From Dehalococcoidia bacterium (GTDB lineage: Bacteria; Chloroflexota; Dehalococcoidia; Lucifugimonadales; QGNO01): DNA of 64,000 bases. The stretch covers positions 90,621-154,620 of the forward strand of contig OZ240235.1 of NCBI GenBank assembly GCA_965197965.1, given 5' to 3'. Of this stretch, positions 62,751 through 64,000 are shown one piece after another. The notes under the pieces are model-generated. The model did not search any database. It had not been told where the DNA came from and saw only the letters and a program-made list of their open reading frames with translations. The stretch's first letter is position 1. Every line of letters begins with the position of its first letter. A program made the position numbers and the translations under genes.

Positions 62751-64000
62751 ATGGAAGCACCAAAGCGCCTCAAAGGCATGCAAGACCAGCAACCGGACCA
62801 GACCCGCATTCTCAGTTGGGTTGGCTTCACTTTGGGTGATTTCCTGGCCGGCTACGGTTATCGCCGTATAGACACCCCTCTGCTGGAAGAGACGGAGCTT
62901 TTCCTGCGCAAGTCGGGCGGGGAGCTTGCCAGCAAGATGTACACCTTCACCGACCCTGGTGGAAGGCGGGTAAGCCTGAGGCCTGAATTTACATCGTCCG
63001 TGGTGAGAGCACATCTGCAAGGCCTGGGAGACGGTCAATTCCCGCTGCGCTGGCAGTATCGCGGCCCCGTATTCAGATACGAGATGGATGAGGCCGAATA
63101 CCGCCAGTTCACCCAGGCCGGCGCTGAGCTGATAGGCGCCGCCGGTCCCTGGTCGGATGCGGAGGTCATGGCTATAGCTTGCCAAGGCCTGGCAAGGCTG
63201 GGGATCAAGTGTCAGATGGTGATAGGCCACGTGGGATTCATGGGGGCGCTGCTGGAAGAGCAGAGAATATCCGACAGGGCGGGACTGTTCCTGCTCAATA
63301 GCATATCGGACCTGCGCCGGGGCGATGAAGGTGTCGAAGAGGTAATCCGGCGAGCCGGTATTTTGGGGCTGTCCCAGGGTGATGAAGCGACCACCGTTCA
63401 GGATAGCAATCCGTCCGAAGACACCATGAGCGCACTGGAACAGTACCTTGGCAGGACTAATCTACTTGCCAGGGGTATTCGCACGCCTGCGGAAATACAC
63501 GAGCGGTTCATCCGCAAACACAGATCGAGAGGCGACTTCGATGGATTCGATGATGCGGCCGTTTTGTTGAGCAAGGTTGCCCAGAAGAACGGCAGTGTCA
63601 CGGAGGCGCTGGGCAGTGTGAGGGAGATGGAGCTTCCAGCCAGGGCTTTGGTGGAGCTGGACCGTTTGGAGGAGTCGCTAAAGGCCTTCGCCAGGCATGA
63701 AGTGGAAGCCGACGTTGTGCTGGACTTCGGCCTGGCAAGGGGGATCGCTTACTACAGCGACCTTATATTCGACCTGAAGCGGCCCGGCTCGGACGGCGTT
63801 TCCCTGGGAGGAGGAGGCCGCTACGACGGCCTTGCTCGTGCCATGGGAGGGACGGAGCTTATGCCAACCATGGGATTCGCTTGGTCGTTGGAGCGCGTGG
63901 TGGAAGCCGTGATTCAGGATGGCGACGGCGACAGGCCCTGGGAAGAGCAGGGGGAAGTGGTGCTGGTCAGGCCAGCCGGCGAATCGGCGTTCCAAGCCGC
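62751..64000 (+). CDS. histidyl-tRNA synthetase family protein (HisS or HisZ-like), 3' end cut by window edge
   Basis: Not in the track (open at the edge). Hand translation from ATG 62751 gives LRPEFTSSV, FRYE...YRQFTQAG and GGGGRYDGL, the class II HisRS motifs. The final VVLVRPAGE looks like the start of an anticodon-binding domain. Confidence 0.6.
   Translation, partial: MEAPKRLKGMQDQQPDQTRILSWVGFTLGDFLAGYGYRRIDTPLLEETELFLRKSGGELASKMYTFTDPGGRRVSLRPEFTSSVVRAHLQGLGDGQFPLRWQYRGPVFRYEMDEAEYRQFTQAGAELIGAAGPWSDAEVMAIACQGLARLGIKCQMVIGHVGFMGALLEEQRISDRAGLFLLNSISDLRRGDEGVEEVIRRAGILGLSQGDEATTVQDSNPSEDTMSALEQYLGRTNLLARGIRTPAEIHERFIRKHRSRGDFDGFDDAAVLLSKVAQKNGSVTEALGSVREMELPARALVELDRLEESLKAFARHEVEADVVLDFGLARGIAYYSDLIFDLKRPGSDGVSLGGGGRYDGLARAMGGTELMPTMGFAWSLERVVEAVIQDGDGDRPWEEQGEVVLVRPAGESAFQA

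Overview
High-GC bacterial chromosomal window (about 60% GC by spot counts of 60-nt lines). I can support about 66 protein genes, one tRNA-Arg(TCT) and one IS481-family insertion sequence. There is no rRNA and no CRISPR array. Housekeeping genes include ispH, dnaN, uvrC, a phosphofructokinase and a HisRS-family gene that runs off the right edge. Most of the window is catabolic: two ThDP enzymes, hydantoinase, Ldh2-type dehydrogenase, amidase, D-threonine-aldolase-like PLP enzyme, aminotransferase, aldehyde dehydrogenase, F420-type DDN oxidoreductase, ornithine cyclodeaminase, and paralogous double hot-dog dehydratases. There are also a peptide-type ABC importer and a lipoprotein with eukaryote-like LRR/FN3/cadherin domains. 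This content suggests a Chloroflexota (SAR202-like), possibly host-associated heterotroph, but that is inference only. Three things deserve a second look. (1) An accessory patch at about 18.9-25.6 kb holds a low-GC GmrSD-type (DUF262/DUF1524) type IV restriction gene, an uncharacterised three-gene operon built around a PD-(D/E)xK nuclease-like protein, and an IS481 element. The whole patch is bracketed by a 12-bp perfect inverted repeat. (2) A family of REP-like hairpin elements (GGATTC-stem-loop-GAATGACG and variants) occurs in at least two dozen copies across 12 intergenic clusters. (3) In four separate places an inserted segment is flanked by direct repeats that duplicate the end of the adjacent gene, leaving dead gene-end relics. 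The inserts are a vapBC cassette, a uracil-DNA glycosylase gene, a REP unit and a 630-bp non-coding piece. All protein family calls rest on motif recognition by eye, and all identities are hand alignments. No database search was run.
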